Part shown: one piece after another, positions 20,738-33,053 of the stretch
Numbering within the stretch: the stretch's first letter is position 1
How the letters are laid out: each line of letters starts with the position of its first letter
Origin: Azolla caroliniana
Lineage: Eukaryota; Plantae; Polypodiophyta
DNA length: 64,000 nucleotides
Direction of reading: 5' to 3'
Assembly (NCBI GenBank): GCA_043228905.1
Contig: JBHGNT010000009.1
Span: forward strand, 3,782,001 to 3,846,000
Notes under the pieces: generated by a model
What the model saw: only the letters and a program-made list of their open reading frames with translations
Told to the model about the DNA's origin: nothing
Databases searched by the model: none
Translations under genes and position numbers: made by a program

Positions 20738-22756
20738 TTAGTTCTCAGAGTGATTACCGCCGGCAAGCCCTGCGGTGTTCTCCTTTTGCCGCTGTAAGTC
20801 TGTGACATTCTGCTCGTTTACTTCCTTTACCCATTCCGTTGCTTGTTTCCGGATGGTCTCCTGTGTCTCCCATTCTTTGGCCATGCCCTTCGACCTTGTG
20901 GTCACTTGCTGCAGATCTGCCACCTCAGGGACTACCATATTTACCGCCGGTCGTTTTTCATAGCTCTTCACTGGGCATTGGTTACTATAATGGCCTTCCT
21001 GTCGGCAGTAGTAGCAGTGGGCCTTCCGGGTATTGCTAGATTCGGGATTGTCTGTTGTACCCGGGCCAGGTCCTACGGTACGCGCGGGGTTCTGTACCAA
21101 TTGGCTGCTTGGAGCCCCTTGTTCCGGATCCCGGGGGTAGCTGCCTTTTTTGAAATGTCGTTTTTTGTTATAGCTCTTCTTATTACGGTACTCTTGACGG
21201 GGTTGCCCGTTATATCTACCATATTCCTCCCGTTGCTGACGATACCCGGGTGAGTGCTCCCGGTCGTAATGTTCGTATCGTCTATTGTAATCCTGGTACT
21301 GATCATGCCGGTCATAGTTATCCCGCCAATCGCCGTACCGGACATCATTTTCCCGTCGATTGCCATACCAGACATCATTTTCCCGTCGATCGCCAAACCG
21401 GACATCCTGTGCCGGTCGGTCACGGTCCATTCGCCGCCAGCGTTCGTCTTCTTCATCCCGGCTGCTACGTGGCTCAATTTGTCGAATGGGCGGTGCTTGC
21501 CGGTTCAACAGATTATACTCGCACCTATCCGTCGTATGGCTCTTGGATTGACAGATTACACATTGCGTCCTCATAGTGCATTCTAGAGCCGAGTGTCCGG
21601 AATTCAAGCAGGTTGTGCACTGTATTGCTTGCCGAAACCGGAGGTCTTCATCGGACGGTAACGCCCGTTGAAGTGCTCCCAGTGTGAGCCAGGAGCTTGT
21701 CTTTTCCATCTCTCTCACCCAGTCAATGACCTGGTCGATGGTACTTGTGCGGAAGTCAATTACCGTGCAAACCGTACGTAGGGGTTCCCGGAGCGCGTTT
21801 AGGAATATAGTCCGTAATTCCTCTTCCGGGGTTGCACGGGCAAGCTGACTATGCATCCGTTGAAACCGGATGACAAATTGGGGAATGCTCTCCCCTGCCT
21901 CTTGCCGGATGGTATAAAATAAGCCTACCATTACGGTCTGGTCCACCTCCTTTTGAAAACAATGCAAGAATTTAGCTTTTAAATAAGCAAAGGTGTTGAT
22001 GGTAGACGGGTCCTGCGTCCGGTGCCATCTTGCTGCCAATCCCTCCAATGTGACGCCAAATTCTGCTATCTTAGAGCGTTCTTCTTCCTCCGGGGTCAAT
22101 CGCTGGGACACATGGTTGGTTTCCCATGTCTGTTCAAAGGCGTGCACATGAGCTTCCGCGTCCGGATCATCTCTATACTTGGAGTACTGGAACGACATGT
22201 CGTCGTCCGGTATCGGTGCGCGGGCTGGCAGTGTTGGTGCTTGTTCCGGAATTTTCTCCGGCGTCGGTTGTTTTTCCTCTTCCTTTGGTGACGGAGGCCT
22301 CTCCTCTTCAACTTCCGGTGTCGGAGGTCGTTCTTCCTCTGCTGGTTCCGGGGGTTCCAGCGTTAGCACTTCCGGTTCCGGTGTCGGTAAGGTATTCGAT
22401 CCTTCGTCCTCCGGTCCACCCGGGGTTTCGTTGCTGCTACGGTAGTACGTGTGCACAGTGTATTCCCCTTCGGAGTCCAATTCATATGCTGAAAAGGCTT
22501 CTGCTTCGCCTTCTCCGTTTGCCAACGCATGGAGAAGGGATTCGGTTTCCCGGAGGCTGCTTAGGCTGCTGCCGTCGTCCGGGTGCGATGTTTGCTGTAA
22601 CCAGAGGGAGTTTTCCGCTACTCTCAGGATTACGTTGGAAAACGAGCGATCCGCTCTAATTTCCTGCGCCGCTTGCTGGAAAGCCTCGCGTCTCCTTTGC
22701 CTTTCGGCAAGGCGTCAAGTTCGATCTGTAACCAGGTCGTGCGTTGATCTAGACAT
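20738..22756 (-). pseudogene. Ty3 gag with zinc knuckles
   Basis: ORF 20738-22525 extends in frame to an ATG at 22756 through one TGA at ~22715. Retrotransposon gag motif QEAGESIPQF; knuckles CTTCLNSGH, CVICQSKSH, CYYCRQEGH. Confidence 0.85.
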
Positions 22757-22807
22757 CCATCCGTGTCGTCGTTCGCTGCAAAAACAGGAATCGTGGTCGC
22801 CAAAAAC

Positions 22808-23232
22808 TGTGTTAACTCTTCGGGCCGGGCAATGGCCTAACACAGGGTGTCTACAGGAGACACTTCACCAAAGGGTGTTACGGCAACTGGATTAGACTTC
22901 AACGCTTAATCCGACTTAATTAAGTTACTTATTAGGATCGTCTTTCATAACACGCGTAAGATATAACAATTACGACAGAACGGAAATTAACACAGAGAGA
23001 TAACAACGCTTAAGCTTTCATTAATTAACCGCTAACTATTACATTGTATCCGGGCCTTTAAATAGGTTTCCGGTCTGTATTACAAAACGGTGCCATCCGC
23101 ACCTGTTCGGGATCGGTCCGGATCCGGAACGGCATAGCGTCTGTCCACACTCATAGCTTAATTACAACCACATTCCTACTACTTAATTAGCTCTCCGTTT
23201 CCCACTCTAGACTCCTTTGCCGGCCGGTAACA
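22808..23232 (-). repeat. 5' LTR of the Athila/Tat-like element
   Basis: TG..CA termini adjacent to the PBS-like site; the partner LTR is not in the window. Confidence 0.65.
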
Positions 23233-23829
23233 GTTGTCGTGCCTTTCGGCTCCGGATCGTTGCGTGAGTGAGGTGGGAACCGCTGAGGTTTTGGACTAGG
23301 AGAAAGAAGAATATTAGATAAGGTTCCTTATGAATCGATTGCAAGAAAGAGAAATATTTGAAAGAAGATATGAACCTCGTGAATCCCACGAGTATAGTGT
23401 ATTAATTGATACTTAGAATGTAAGAGAGAAATAGATGGAAAAAAAATCGTGAATCCCACGAATATATTAGATTGATCAAAATCCTTGTAAAATAATCAAC
23501 AACCTCTATACATCTTTCTCTCTTCCTTATATAGTGTTGGAAGAGTCTAAGTTTATCACATGCAAGCATCATGCTTTTCCTATCTTTAGTTTTCATACAC
23601 ACTGCATGTGCATGATTAGCTTTCTATCTCATCTTTTCTTTTAACTCGAGTGTCTATACATGAATAACTTTTTGTACCATGCATGTCTAGAAATTTTACA
23701 TGGGATAAAGTTTAGTATAACTTTAAAATTCATAATACGCTAGTATAATGATAAGGCTTAACATTATTAACATGGAGGTGCAAGGTTTGATTCTTGCCCT
23801 ATGCATGTAATATATAAATTTATACTTTC

Positions 23830-24070
23830 TTCTATTTACAAATATGTCTCTTCATCTGGTGAGAGACTCTCACCGGCTCTTGCCGGTTCTGCTTCATCTG
23901 GTTCTCGTCGGTTTTCTTTATCCGGTTCTTACAGGATACTTCTTAGCGGTCCTCTTCGTCCGACTCTCACCGGCCTTCTTCATCCGGCTCTTGCCGGTCT
24001 CCTTACCGGTTTCGGTCCTCGCCGGTTCTTCCTTCCGGTTCTCACTGGGTACTCCATATCCTATCCGGAG
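23830..24070 (-). repeat. Degenerate CCGG-rich LTR-like fragment related to the LTRs at 34046 and 36967
   Basis: Shares TATTTACAAATATGTC..TTCATC.GGTGAG..CTCACCGG with those LTRs. Confidence 0.45.
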
Positions 24071-24110
24071 AAACCAAAAATGTAATTTTTCACGTAGTGT
24101 GCGAATTATA

Positions 24111-25541
24111 CTACGACAACGTGATACATGTGAAGGTGAGTAGCGACTCTCGATATTCAAGAACTTTACCAATGAATGTTGCAATCGAGAGTGCACATCG
24201 TGGTTGTGAGAGAAATTCGTGTAAGGATTGGGCTCGATCGAAGAGATGTGGAAAGCATGGTCGAATATGATTAAAGGCAGAGCATTGTATCAAAGTGTGA
24301 TACTCAGACTCTCGAACTTGTTTAGGGCAAAGTGTGCATAGTCGGCCACTCTCATCACTTCTGCTCCAACGCCTTGTCTCACATCTCAATGCGTGCGAGC
24401 TAAGTCGCATGGAAGCAATGGTTCGAATGGCAGATATCGGGATGGGCTCTAACATGTATCGATGTGTATGGCTTCCCCGTTCCGCGAAGAATATGGTTTT
24501 GTAGTTAGGTGCAACATTTGTAGTATAATGTGTGAAGCGTGAGCCACCACCACATTTGTCCCATGTCATGATACATTGGCGTTGCAAAAAGGCCTCATTT
24601 AGAGAGGAATCTAGTGACGCATCATGAAGCAAGTGTCTTGCATCCCATCTACCAAACCATTTTTCTAAATCTTGCATCTAACCGGAAGTTGATGTTAGGG
24701 GCTTTTTTGAACCTTAAGCATGTATTCAACAACCCTTTCCATGGCCATGATCTCAATGGGAAGCGATCCCATCTCAATGAGGAGGGTGTAGGGCGTTTGT
24801 TTCTTAACTTGTAGAAACTTTGTAAGAAAATGTTTTTGGACATTTTCAAACTCTTTCCACGTAGATTTAGGGATGCTACCGCCCAATACTTCCACCCCAT
24901 AGAGAAGAACCAGGGTCACCAAAGTGTCAAAAAGATATTTCTTGAGGACCCAACACTTAATATCTCCAAGATTGCATGTGTTCTCAAATGCATAATATGC
25001 TCGCTTACCCGCCTCTAAGCGGCGTGTGGCACATTCATTCCATTTATGATTTGAAGGAACTTCAAGGCCAAGATATTTGAAGCTTTCCACATATTCAAGT
25101 GGCTCATTGTTGTACATAATGCATGGTTTATCTCTTTTTTGACTCTTCACAAGAATAATCTTTGTTTTAGAGCTATTGACACTTAATCTAGTATGCATGC
25201 AAAAAATTTCTAGTGCCTTCATAAGCTTTTGTGCATCTCTTGAAGTATTTGCAAAAAAGCACTACATCATCCACATATAACAAAAGCATAATCACAACAT
25301 TCCCAATGGCAACTTCTTCAACACATTCTTCCTTTACAAACTTGGTAACCATTTCTTCTAATTCATCAATGCATAGACCAAATAATGTTGGTGAGAGTGG
25401 GCATCCTTGCTTAACACTAATAGTGCTATTGAAAAAATCTGAAAGTCTATCTCTCATATGCACACAACATATAACCTTCTTATATATTCGGGAAATTGCA
25501 AGCATATATTCACTTGGCACCTCAAGTTCTTCCATCCGCCT

Positions 25542-25581
<40 letters not shown>

Positions 25582-26350
25582 CTTATGCATTCCCCCAAAT
25601 TATGGATTTATATGGGAGAAATTACGAGATATACCATTGTTGCATAGATATTTGTTGTTGGTGATTGAAGGATGATACATCTTGGTTATAGATCACTACA
25701 AATATATTGTATCATCATTCAATGGCATCATTGTCTTGGCCATCACCTAAACTAGAAAATGGTGTGGAATGTAAGTCAAATACAAGGCGGTGGCAAATAT
25801 TGCAACGTGGTTGGTATTCTCATTTTCTATTTTGTGGAGAGGTATTCATATGTAGAGTCATCATTTGTGGGGCCCCATTAGGTTCAACATTAAAGAGGCA
25901 AGGACTAGGGTTCGACACATGTTTCTTTTCCTCAATTCCATTGGGCTATCCAATTATTATTTGAGGCCTCAACAATTGGTTTTTGCTTAATATGTTCAAA
26001 TTGGTTGAAATGATGAGTTACCAATCTTGTTCCAAATTTTTTTATAATATTGGGGATTACAACAAAATTGGAATATGCATAATGCTCCCACGTTTGATTA
26101 GAATTTTAGAATTAGAATTTTTATCGTCCATAAAGAGGCCAATTTTGACATATGGGACCAGAGTATACATGTGTTCTTGATATGTGTCTCCCTCCTAAGA
26201 AGGGGCATTCATACATTGAAGCACAAAGTCTCTATGTGTGAATAAAGCATACACATATGAGATCAACCTTCTCGGTGTTGTCTTAAGTATGGTACTTAAG
26301 CTATCACATGTTGCAGCATGTGGTTATCATTTCCTTGTCCTCCCTAGGTA
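24111..26350 (-). mobile_element. Decayed LINE (RTE-like) ORF2 fragments: RT and C-terminal Cys/His motif
   Basis: VKQGCPLSPTLF, LLYVDDVV, FKYLG and CTLC..ESEYHTLIQC; frameshifts; an (AG)n tract at ~25543-25577. Confidence 0.85.
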
Positions 26351-27459
26351 GAGAAGGCTAAGAAGTTGTACCAATTGTTAATATACCAAATTAATATAAT
26401 CATGTGCTTTAGAGAGAGAGGGAAAAAGAAAGAAAGAAAGAAATATTAACGTCTTCTAAGGCCAAAATTGGCCCATGAGAAAATTGGTGTACAACAAAAT
26501 GGGGTATTTATCCAATCATCAAAACTAAAAAAATAAAGTAAAAATAGAACTTAAGATAAAAGAGTTCTAGCATTGTACAAAACGTGGTATAGTGTAACAC
26601 ATTCGATAAAGGAAAATTTAATGACTTTGCACTAAGCCTAATTTCATTTCCACCCAAGCCTCTTGAAAAGAAGTATGAGGTCAAAGGGTTTCGGTATGGG
26701 TGTGATCTGTGGTCCCGGTGTAGAGAGTGCTCCAACCATGGCTTCTAGGCGATGTAGCTCACGTTGTCGAGGTTTTCCTCGCGGATGCGTGGAATGAGGC
26801 GGGACCTCGGGGGTCCTGTACCAAAGAGCAAGAGAGAAAGGAGAAGATGCCCACTACGTGCGAGAGTAGATTCACAGGGACACGGCCCTTCGACGCAAGG
26901 ACGCGAGTGGGACAGCGACACAGGAAGACACAAACGTATGTATGTATTAACAAACGACAAACAACACAACACAGAGTCTGTTACAACCGAACAGGCCGGC
27001 GAACAGATGCCGATACCTGTTCGTAAACGCACAGAAAGGAAGGAGTAGGTTGGAGGTGCTGCCGGAAGCACTCGGGCATTCCTCAGAGCAGCGCGAGCCT
27101 CCCGAAACCTGCACAGAAGGAAGCTATGGCGTTTGCAAACCAGAGAGAGAGAGAGAGAAGCCTTCGCACGCAAACCGACAGCACTTCGTCCTCGACTCCC
27201 CGCGATCCCTCTACCCTCCTCGTCTCCCTCCTTTTATAGGCAAGGAAGGAGCCGTTTCCCCTTTACTCCCTACCTACCGAATCTACCTAGGATCTCCTAT
27301 GTACAACTTAAGGCACACGTGCATGAAGAGTCGGTTTCTACGCTCCGGTGCACGGATTCCGCTCGTGGACGGTTTTCTTCACGACATCCGCCCCCACCTA
27401 ACCGCGCATCCACCGGCATGCGCCAAATTGTGTTGGGACGGAGAAAACCGGTCCAGCCT

Positions 27460-30400
27460 TCATTCCCCGCCCGTCGGTTCTTCCTCGGTTTCAGATCGTT
27501 CGTCGTCCCGGTCCAGGTTAACCGGATCCGGCTCGTTGTCGTGACGCTTCTTGAACGCTTTGATCCGCTTCCCAGCTACCGGTATCGCTATTCTTGTGCC
27601 GTCGAGTTCCGCCAAATGGTACGTCCCGTTGTCGTTGGCGCTTTGTACCACGTAAGGCCCGAACCACCTTCTTGCGAACTTCCATGTCGCTCGGTGCTGG
27701 TTGTCGAGGCTGTTGTCGTAGACTAGCACCCAGTCGCCTTCCTTGATCCTCTTCGGTCGGAGCCGGTGCGTTCGGTCGAACCGGGCTTTGTTCCTCGTCC
27801 TTGCCACTCGAAGCTTTCCCGCGGCCTGCTCCACGTCCTCCGGTCTTCGCTCGAGCTGTCGTATGCGCGTCGCCAACAGTTCCTCCCGGCTCATCTCGTC
27901 TCTCCAGTCCACGGTTGCCCAAGAGGAGATCGTGCGTTCCATCGGCATGATCGGCTTCTGCCCAAACATCAGCTCTGCCGACATGAATCCGGTTACCGAA
28001 CTGTGCATAGTTCGGTCAACCCACAACGCGTAAGGCAGCAGTCGCGGCCAGTTCCCGACTTGACCTCCGCATGCCCGAACTAACGCCTTGACGATCGGTC
28101 CGTGTCCGCGCTCCACCTTTCCATTCGCCTCCGGATTGTATGCAGTGGTAAGCGAGAGCTTGACTCCTAGCCGGTCGAACAGCTCCTCGGCCTCTTCGGC
28201 GTCCAGCTCCCCGCGATCAGCCACGATCTTCCCGACGCACCCATACCGGCATATCACGTCCTCAATCAGGAACTGACATACGGCCGCGGTCGTTTTGTTC
28301 TGAAGGGCTCGGCCTTCTACCTGGTTGGTCAGATCTTCCCGAGCCAGGACCAGATACCGCATCTGTCCTACTCCCATCGGCATCGTCACCAGGTCCACCA
28401 TCCATTTGAAGTGGATGGTCAGAGGGTACGTAGGGTGAAGCTCGTCCCGATGTCGGACTATGGAGTGCATCTGACAGCTCTTGCAAGTTGTCACGAACCG
28501 ATGCACGTCCCGGTACAGTCCCGACCACCAGTACTTCCCCTTTATCTTCTCGAACGTGGCCCACGTTCCACGGTGTCCAGCCCAAGGGCTGTCGTGGTAG
28601 GCCGTCAGCAGCTCCTCCTGTTCTCCCTTCATCGCCACTACCCAGAGCGGGACGCCGTTCCTCTTCTTCGGGTGCTTCCATAAGTATACGTCCCGGAGAA
28701 AGAATCGGTAAGCTTTCTTCCGGATCCGGTTGGCCTCGTCCTTCGTCCATGACGCATCCGGCGTCATTGTCCTCAGAAACCCACCGATCTGTAGCCACTC
28801 GCCGTCGTACTTGCTCTCGTCGAAGCCGTTAAGTGCCGGAGTGCTCCCCCCATCGGTCGTCACGTACGCCGCCTCGAAGAAGTCCACGTTGACTTCTTCG
28901 TCCTCCGAAACCATGCCGCCCTCGTCATCAAACCTCGCCCTCGAAACCATGTCGGCCATGGCGTTGTCTTTTCCGGAAATGTGTCGTATTTCCGGGTCCA
29001 GGGACTTGATGTACGCTATCCACCTGAGCATCGCCAGGTCCGGTGTCGCGCATCCGGAAACCATGCCGAGAATCGGCAGGCAATCCGTCTCGATAACCAC
29101 TTCTGTCCCGATCAAGTAGTCTTTGTCGGCCTTTAGTACCGAAACGATACCCCAGAGTTCGCGTTTAACCTGGGCGTACCCTCGCTGTCGTTCGCTGAGA
29201 ACCTTCGCGCCGAATCGGATCGGGAACCGAATGCCGTCCTCGTCTTCTTGGTTGACGACCCACCCGATCCCGGTCGGACTCGTATCCACTGTTATGTATA
29301 CTGGGGTACCCTTCCCATAGACAGCCTTCTGGAGCGCCGGTGCTACCGCAAGAGCTTCCTTCAGCTTCCGGACCGACTCCGTGTGCTCGTCTCGCCACTC
29401 GAATTTTCGTCCTTTCTTCAGCAACCCGTATAGCGGCTCCGCAACGTGGGCGTAATGCGGGATCCATATGTGGTAGAATGCGCATGCCCCCAGGAACCTC
29501 CGAACTTCCGTAACCGAGCTACAGTCGGTCTTCATCACGGAGATGGCTTCTACCTTTGCCGGAGACGGCTTCCGGCCATATGGTCCACATAGGTGTCCGA
29601 CCACCAGGATTTCCGATTGCCCGAAGGCCGATTTCTCCCCGGAGAAGGTGAGCCTCGCATCCTCTAGCCTCTGTAGCACCTTCTCGCAGTCGTCGATGTG
29701 TGTCGCCATGAATCGTCGGCATCCGTCCGGCCCGACTGTCTCGTCCTTCTCCTCCACCGGGCACCCCTTGATCGGGATGTCGTCTAGAAATGGCATGGTG
29801 ATGTCCGGGATGCAATCCCTCGGTACCTTGTTCATTGCATTCACCATGTGGGCCACCGAGTTGGTCCCTCCTTGTGGCAGGGTACACATTCGCACTAGGC
29901 CGAGGGGAGTTCGCATCGTCGTAATATCTCTGCTCTCCACGGCTAGCTGGAACTGGTCGTACCCCGAGTACAGATCATCGACCAAGTAAATCGACCTTCC
30001 GGCGAAGGCCTCCGCGAACTCGTCTATGGTCGGTCCGATTCCTGCGTTCCGAATGGTCACTCTGTTGACCGGCTGCAGGTCTTGAATGAAGCGCATCGTT
30101 CCGTTTTTCTTTGGTACGGTAAACCATTGATTCGAGTATGGGGCACTCGACGGTTCGAGAATGCCCATATCTACTTTCTGCCTCAATAGCTCCATCAACT
30201 TCGGGATGTGAGCTCTCCGTACCGGAATCGGCTTGAGATTCCACGGTACATGCGGTACCGTGAATATCACCATCGGCTCCACGATCGTCGGGTCTACGCA
30301 CCCGATCTCTTCCGGTGAGAATGCGAAGGCTTTCCCGTGCCTTCCGAGCATTCTCCGAAACCGGTCTTCCTCCGCCGGCAGTAGGAACCCGCCCCCACCG

Positions 30401-30801
30401 ATCTTGAGCTCCCTATGGTGTCCTATGCAGGCCGGATCTCGTAAACTGGGGTCCGACGCAACCCCTCTGATTCGGGACTCGCTGCCCTCCGGTAAGGGTG
30501 CCGCGACCGGCCTTACCTTCCGGTCCACAGTCTTGTACTTCGTGCTAACTCGGGCCATCCGATCCAACTCGAGCCCCTGACCGAAGTCCGCGATGACTTC
30601 GTACATCTCTTCGGAACATACCGGTATCGTCCGGTCTTCGTTAAGGTCTTCTCTGGCTACCTTCCTCAGCATTCCCAAGGTGTCGTCGAAGGAGACCGCC
30701 TCCACGGCTCCGCTGATTTCCTCGTCCGGGCCGAGAACTCCGCACGCTCGACGTCGCTCCTCCGCCCTTGCCCTTTCTCGGCCAACGATGCCGACTATCA
30801 T
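27460..30801 (-). CDS. Pol (RT-RNase H-integrase) of the Ty3 element; frame is open upstream to ~30945
   Basis: RFIQDLQPVN, PFLDD, VDTSPTGIG, WMVDLV, ADRGE, EANGKVERGH and GPY motifs. Confidence 0.93.
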   Translation of the reverse strand: MIVGIVGRERARAEERRRACGVLGPDEEISGAVEAVSFDDTLGMLRKVAREDLNEDRTIPVCSEEMYEVIADFGQGLELDRMARVSTKYKTVDRKVRPVAAPLPEGSESRIRGVASDPSLRDPACIGHHRELKIGGGGFLLPAEEDRFRRMLGRHGKAFAFSPEEIGCVDPTIVEPMVIFTVPHVPWNLKPIPVRRAHIPKLMELLRQKVDMGILEPSSAPYSNQWFTVPKKNGTMRFIQDLQPVNRVTIRNAGIGPTIDEFAEAFAGRSIYLVDDLYSGYDQFQLAVESRDITTMRTPLGLVRMCTLPQGGTNSVAHMVNAMNKVPRDCIPDITMPFLDDIPIKGCPVEEKDETVGPDGCRRFMATHIDDCEKVLQRLEDARLTFSGEKSAFGQSEILVVGHLCGPYGRKPSPAKVEAISVMKTDCSSVTEVRRFLGACAFYHIWIPHYAHVAEPLYGLLKKGRKFEWRDEHTESVRKLKEALAVAPALQKAVYGKGTPVYITVDTSPTGIGWVVNQEDEDGIRFPIRFGAKVLSERQRGYAQVKRELWGIVSVLKADKDYLIGTEVVIETDCLPILGMVSGCATPDLAMLRWIAYIKSLDPEIRHISGKDNAMADMVSRARFDDEGGMVSEDEEVNVDFFEAAYVTTDGGSTPALNGFDESKYDGEWLQIGGFLRTMTPDASWTKDEANRIRKKAYRFFLRDVYLWKHPKKRNGVPLWVVAMKGEQEELLTAYHDSPWAGHRGTWATFEKIKGKYWWSGLYRDVHRFVTTCKSCQMHSIVRHRDELHPTYPLTIHFKWMVDLVTMPMGVGQMRYLVLAREDLTNQVEGRALQNKTTAAVCQFLIEDVICRYGCVGKIVADRGELDAEEAEELFDRLGVKLSLTTAYNPEANGKVERGHGPIVKALVRACGGQVGNWPRLLPYALWVDRTMHSSVTGFMSAELMFGQKPIMPMERTISSWATVDWRDEMSREELLATRIRQLERRPEDVEQAAGKLRVARTRNKARFDRTHRLRPKRIKEGDWVLVYDNSLDNQHRATWKFARRWFGPYVVQSANDNGTYHLAELDGTRIAIPVAGKRIKAFKKRHDNEPDPVNLDRDDERSETEEEPTGGE

Positions 30802-30935
30802 ACATCCTCCGTCGTCGGAGAAGCAAAATTTCCTGCCTATCGTACAAGGTTTCTTCAGTTTCGGTTCTATCGTACAGCTGTGGGGTCTTTCCCGAGTGTC
30901 CCGACTGTCTCGGCCCCATGCCTTGACAGCCCTCT

Positions 30936-33053
30936 CTAAAAATCTTCCCGGTTCTCGCCACCGAGGGATTCGCGGTTCCGCTCGTGGTTCGGCCGCACCG
31001 TCAGAAATTGGACCGAATGGCGCCCGTCCTGGCTTTTGACCCTCGCGTAGGCTGAACCGTTGTCCAGCACTTTGGTCTCCATCCGCGCCGCCGTGATGTA
31101 TGGTTCCCCTAATATGACCGGGTGCGAGGACGTCTCCTGTACGAAGAAGTGTTGGTCAATCTCGACGTCGCCGATCTTGACTCGCACGTTCGGGCAGGCC
31201 CCATGCAGTTCCTCGGTGGCGCGCGTCGTCGCCCGTATCTTCCACCCATGCTTGGTGTTGATCGGCCACTTCCCCTTCTTATAGAAGTTCATGGACATCA
31301 GGTTTATTTCCGAACCGTGGTCCACCAGTGCCACCACCGGTTCCTGAACCTCTCCGATCTTTACCGGGGTCTCCGTGGTTGCTCGGGCCCAGTGTGGCCT
31401 CGAATAGTGGCTCTCTGCCCACTCATCTGCCAGCGCCGAGTCGTCGATGTGCGTCGTCCGCACCTCTACCGGTCTTTCCGGATCCGTCTCCATCGACAGC
31501 CTCTTCCGTTTCACCAAGTCTACAATGGAGTCGTGGAACTCCTTCTTGGCGATCCCTAACACCTCTCGCAATGACAGCTCCACTTTGTTGTCGAGGATCC
31601 GTTCTTCTAGGACCTTTCGTAGGTCCGTAGTCCTTTCTATCTCCGTCCCCAGTCGGTATCCGCCCTTCCTGGGGTTATCTTGCGAGTTGGACCCGCCGGC
31701 GTCGTTCCGTCGTTGCCCGAATCGGGTCTCGTATCGTTGTGAGGGCCCGGCCGCTCCGGCTTTCCCCACTCGCTTGTCTTCTACCAGAGCCTCGTAGTTC
31801 TGGCAGGCGGCTTCTACGAAGCCCGTCTTCTCCTCGACCAGATCGCTCCACCCGGTTATTTCCCGGACCCGTCTCTCAGCGCGGTCCGTTTCATCTTTCC
31901 TTAGCCGTGCGCCAGCAAGACCTTCCAGCATTGCTGCCCAGAATCCGTCTTTGCCCTCCTTTCGGGCCTCGCTGCACCCGACCTGAATGCCGGCCGACGC
32001 CGAGTAGTGGATGGCTTCCACGTGTCGGGCCGCAGCCTCTTCCATCAGTCTCTTCATACCTCCTCGTCCGTCGTTTCGGTTCAGGGCCCTCCTGGTGTCG
32101 CTGGCGTGCACCCGGCCTTCCCACAGGTACACCACCCGGTTCCTCAACGCTTCTGCGAAATCGCCGCAGTCCTTCCGAATATGGCCGACCTCGTCGCACC
32201 ACATGCACCTGTCCCCCACTGTCGGCCGTCGGTCACGAGCCGGTTCGCCGCCTTCCCTTCGAGTCTGGGCGATCTAGAGATCCTTTATCGCCCGCGTCAA
32301 CTCCTCCAGCGCTGCTCCTCCGGACGAGCCATTGACCATGCCAGTCGAAGCCGGACCGGTTTCGAGCCATTCCCGGGTCTCTTCCCTTAGCACTTGCGGT
32401 GCCGGTTCAAGCCTCCTTGCTGTGACAGAGCCCGCACCTGCCGCCCCGTTGTCAGCCCATTCTCGCCGTTTATCGAAACGGCCACAGTCTCTCTTAACCG
32501 CAGCCCAGTCAGTTGTCAGCCCGTCCTCGGTTTCCAGCAAGGAGCCGACTTGGTCCCGGTCCCGCTCGTCCACCGACTTGACGAACAGTAGGACCCGGCT
32601 CGTATCCAGAACGGTTCGGTCAAGCGCCGAAAGGCGCGCAAAGCGTTCTTCGAACTCCTGGAGGAGTGCCGTCGCGTTTCTTCCCTTGCCGGGGAACTCC
32701 ACCCATTCCATGAAGTCCCTTTTCGAAAGCCGGAGCGCGTCGTCCAACCCGTATTTTTCTAGGAGTCGGCCTTCGAACTCCTCCCAGGTACGGCTCTCCG
32801 CCCGCACCTCGAGCACCTCCGCATGGATGCTCGGCATCGCCACTCGAGGAAACCCGGCAAGACGCCTCTCTTCCGGAATGTCCCGCATCAGCATTTCTGC
32901 CCCATAGGACACCAAATACTTCGTGGCATCCTTTCCGCTGAACCGGCTGATCGTACCGACGACCGCCTGAATGGCTCTGTCGAGGGCGCTGGAGCCCTCG
33001 CGTGCGCTCAGTATCCGATCCACGGCCGAACCAATGGCCTCTGCAAAATCCGA
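30936..33053 (-). pseudogene. Gag-protease of the Ty3 element with an in-frame TAG at 32274-32276
   Basis: RFSGKDATKY gag start region, CMWCDEVGHIRKDC knuckle, LVDHGSEINLM protease motif. Confidence 0.85.

Larger units (their letters stand above)
8760..23232 (-). mobile_element. Ty3/Gypsy non-chromovirus (Athila/Tat-like) LTR retrotransposon with an extra ORF after pol; 3' end cut off; contains a Copia insertion
   Basis: 5' LTR 22808-23232 (TGTTA...ACACA on minus), PBS-like TTGGCGACC at ~22795-22803, gag with CCHC knuckles, then PR (IDGGSG), RT, RH and IN in Ty3 order. Confidence 0.9.
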
